Shown one piece after another: positions 36,203 to 38,685 of a stretch of 38,685 bases of DNA; position 1 is the stretch's first letter; every line of letters starts with the position of its first letter. The stretch is taken from sequence record SRR20825019_282; one strand, 5' to 3'. The notes beneath the pieces were generated by a model. It had not been told where the DNA came from. It saw only the letters and a list, made by a program, of their open reading frames with translations, and did no database searches. A program made the position numbers and the translations under genes.

Positions 36203-36253
36203 CCTTTGGAGTTTCCTGTGCTCGGCTTTCATGGTGGGACAGGCCCAAAAGGT

Positions 36254-36294
36254 GGCCTGGCAACGTGTAGATGGGGGTCATATGTTGCCAGGCC
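36254..36294. repeat. Perfect 11-bp inverted repeat
   Basis: GGCCTGGCAAC-N19-GTTGCCAGGCC. Confidence 0.7.
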
Positions 36295-36442
36295 GTGGGG
36301 TACAGCCGGATTGTCAATACAGTCTGACTGACTGGCCGTCCGATACCCCTTGGAACCGGCGACAGGACCGCGAGGTTATCCCGCCGCCGGGCTGCCTGCT
36401 GAGCACAATTGGCGCAGTGCATCAGCAGGCATGGGCAGAGCT

Positions 36443-36760
36443 TTAGCTGCCGTCGATCTTGATGGCCTGTTCCACGTCGGTCACATAGATCCAGCCTGCC
36501 GTCTTCTGGCCGGTCCGGCCCTGACGGCTGATGATGTCGATAGCATCATCCAGTTGGCCATCGTCGCACACCAGTTCCAGCTTGATCTCGGACACCACCT
36601 TGGTGCCCAGATCTACAGAATACTGTTGCTCCTGAGAGCTGAGGGCCTTGAGAAGCCCCAGCACATCGACGACCGAGATATATTTATATCCTGCCTGTTT
36701 CAATTCATGAACGACATCCGAAATCCTGTTTCGGTGTATGAAAGCCTTTATCTCTTTCAT
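36443..36760 (-). CDS. PII-like protein associated with a czc-type efflux operon
   Basis: MKEIKAFI, KLELVC, GRTGQ..G.IYV; ATGA overlap with the czcA stop. Confidence 0.88.
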   Translation of the reverse strand: MKEIKAFIHRNRISDVVHELKQAGYKYISVVDVLGLLKALSSQEQQYSVDLGTKVVSEIKLELVCDDGQLDDAIDIISRQGRTGQKTAGWIYVTDVEQAIKIDGS

Positions 36761-38685
36761 GATGACACCTCATTTTTTGAAGGAAGGGGTTTTGTCTTGC
36801 CGCTCCGGCTTTCCATCCAGTCATAAATAACTGGCAACAGCACAAGGGTGAGCAGGGTCGATGTGATCAACCCGCCCACCACGACGGTCGCGAGCGGCCG
36901 CTGTGTCTCTGCACCAACGCCGCTGGAAAGCAGCATCGGTACCAGGCCGAGGATGGCGACACTGGCGGTCATGAGTACGGGCCTGAGCCTGAGCTCCGTC
37001 CCCCTTTGCACCGCATCGCGCACGCTCATGCCTTTGGCCCTGAGCTCGTTGATGAAACTCACGAGCACGATGCCGTTGAGCATGGCCACGCCAAACACTG
37101 CGATAAAGCCGATGGCTGACGGTACCGACACATATTGACCTGTGACGAATAACCCGATCAGTCCTCCCGCCGTGGCAAACGGCACGTTGGCAATAATCAG
37201 CGTGGCAAAGCGCACCGAGTTGAAGGCAGTATAGAGGAGCACAAAGATGAAGAAGATCGTCAACGGTACAATCACCGACAGACGCGCAAGGGCACGTTGC
37301 TGGTTTTCAAAAGCGCCGCCCCATTCGACCCAGTAGCCTGGCGGCATATCGACCTTCTCTTCAATCACCCGATTGGCGTCTTGAACGAAGCCATCCACGT
37401 CACGTCCGCGCACATCCATCTGGATGACCGCATAGCGCTGTAGCTGCTCGCGCCGAACGAAGCTATAGCCTTCAGCAACACTTACATCGGCCACATCGGC
37501 GAGTGATATGATGGCACCCGATGATGTGCGCACCGGTATCCTCTTGATCGCTTCCACAGAGACTTTCGAGGCGTCCTGAAGACGCGCCGTGATGTCAAAG
37601 CGTTTGACGCCATCAATCAGGGTACTGACCGGCTCGTTGCCAATACCAGTACGTACGATATCCAGGATATCATCGGCGTTCATGCCGTACCGCGCGAGCG
37701 CTGTCCGGTTCACCTGGATACGGACCTGTGGTTTACCGATGTTTGCTTCAAGCGACAGGTCTGCAACACCAGGAACCAAAGATACGGCTTCCTTGATCTG
37801 GGCACTCAGCCGGTCAAGCTCGCCCAAGTCTTCACCATAGAGTTTAACCGCAAGCGTGGCCCGCACGCCGGAGATCAACTCCTCCACCCGCATCTGAATG
37901 GGCTGCGTGAAAGCAATGACCGACGTGGGAACAGCTTTTTCCAATTTTTCCCGCATGGCATCAGCCAGTTCTTCGATGGACCGGTTGTTACTCCATTCGT
38001 CATGTGGTTTGAGTGCGGTATAAATCTCCATATAGTTTACATCCGCGGTTTCACCTTTTTCGGCGCGGCCAATCATAGCGATTGTTGTTTCCACTTCCGG
38101 AAACTTGCCCAGTGCCAACTCAATATCTTTCGATATCTTGATCGACTGATCGAGCGATGTAGACGGAATGGAGGTTACCCGCCACATGATCGAGCCTTCT
38201 TGCAGCTGTGGCATGAACTCTTTACCGAGAAACGGGAAGAGCGCCAAACTGCCAAGTAGCAGCGCAACCGCACCGCCAACAACAGCTTTCTTGTGTCCAA
38301 GGGCCCACGCGAGCAGCGGTAGATACCGCCGCTTGATCCAGGCCACCAGGAAAGTATCTTTTTCCTTCTTTGGTTTGAGGATCAGTGCTGCCAGCACCGG
38401 AATGATGGTCAGCGTCAGCAAGAGCGAACCCGCCATGGCGAAGCTGATATTGAAGGCCATGGGCTTGAAGAGTTTGCCCTCAAGTCCCTCAAGGCTGAAG
38501 AGCGGCAGGAACACGACGATGATAATCAGGATTGCGAACGAAATCGGATTCGCCACCTCACGTGCAGCCTCGAGTACCGCTGCGGTTCGGTTGACATCTT
38601 CCCCGGCCTCCTTGCGTTCAGCCATAACCCGGAACGAGTTCTCGACCATCACAACCGCGCCGTCCACCATCATGCCGATGCCGAT
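36757..38685 (-). CDS. czcA: CzcA-family divalent-metal HME-RND transporter (3' part; continues beyond the window)
   Basis: VDGAVVMVEN, LEGLEGKLFKPM, FTQPIQMRVEELISGV, RLRPVLMTA, GAETQRPLATVVVGG. Confidence 0.93.
   Translation of the reverse strand: MGIGMMVDGAVVMVENSFRVMAERKEAGEDVNRTAAVLEAAREVANPISFAILIIIVVFLPLFSLEGLEGKLFKPMAFNISFAMAGSLLLTLTIIPVLAALILKPKKEKDTFLVAWIKRRYLPLLAWALGHKKAVVGGAVALLLGSLALFPFLGKEFMPQLQEGSIMWRVTSIPSTSLDQSIKISKDIELALGKFPEVETTIAMIGRAEKGETADVNYMEIYTALKPHDEWSNNRSIEELADAMREKLEKAVPTSVIAFTQPIQMRVEELISGVRATLAVKLYGEDLGELDRLSAQIKEAVSLVPGVADLSLEANIGKPQVRIQVNRTALARYGMNADDILDIVRTGIGNEPVSTLIDGVKRFDITARLQDASKVSVEAIKRIPVRTSSGAIISLADVADVSVAEGYSFVRREQLQRYAVIQMDVRGRDVDGFVQDANRVIEEKVDMPPGYWVEWGGAFENQQRALARLSVIVPLTIFFIFVLLYTAFNSVRFATLIIANVPFATAGGLIGLFVTGQYVSVPSAIGFIAVFGVAMLNGIVLVSFINELRAKGMSVRDAVQRGTELRLRPVLMTASVAILGLVPMLLSSGVGAETQRPLATVVVGGLITSTLLTLVLLPVIYDWMESRSGKTKPLPSKNEVSS

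Noticed and set aside
36192-36232. Duplicated TCGGCTTTCAT (MKAE twice) at the cytochrome c start
   Set aside because: Short local duplication that only makes the start codon ambiguous.
36114-36422. ORF starting MHCANC (CxxC) as a possible third leader peptide
   Set aside because: No signal peptide, SD or terminal Pro-Pro motif, and it overlaps the cytochrome gene out of frame.
1-38685. CRISPR arrays, tRNA/rRNA genes, integrase or intact transposase, anti-phage system
   Set aside because: No repeat-spacer periodicity, RNA gene signature or recombinase ORF seen. The RNase-Prs operon fits salvage and stress regulation better than defence, though this was judged by eye.

Overview
A dense heavy-metal resistance and homeostasis island, probably from an alphaproteobacterium (inferred from the NmerA-less MerA and the protein styles). 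From left to right: a truncated IS481-like end; cueR; a leader ORF, OM porin and two monohaem cytochromes behind an FNR-type box; a cusCBA-DUF2231/NTF2-cusF operon headed by a CutF/CruR-like leader peptide; a beta-CASP RNase, AMP-phosphorylase-like protein, Prs-like protein and YbhGFSR-type ABC operon; a CueR-box DUF2933/ICMT/Met-rich operon divergent from copA; two more MerR-family genes, a PepSY protein, dmeF, an AraC/NTF2/sterol desaturase/methyltransferase block; a mer operon (merR, merT, merP, merA plus an unknown membrane gene); a cytochrome c-FTR1 permease with a Fur-like box; a cytochrome c; a PII-like protein; and the 3' part of czcA. The most notable signals are regulatory. There are five MerR-type 19-bp-spacer promoters and two FNR/FixK-type boxes positioned for class II activation. 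A perfect CueR promoter and an FNR-type promoter point in tandem at the nucleotide-salvage-like operon. Two secreted Pro-Pro leader ORFs are followed by switch-like RNA structures, and a 17-bp repeat links the cueR upstream region to the porin leader hairpin. All family assignments come from motif recognition, not database searches.
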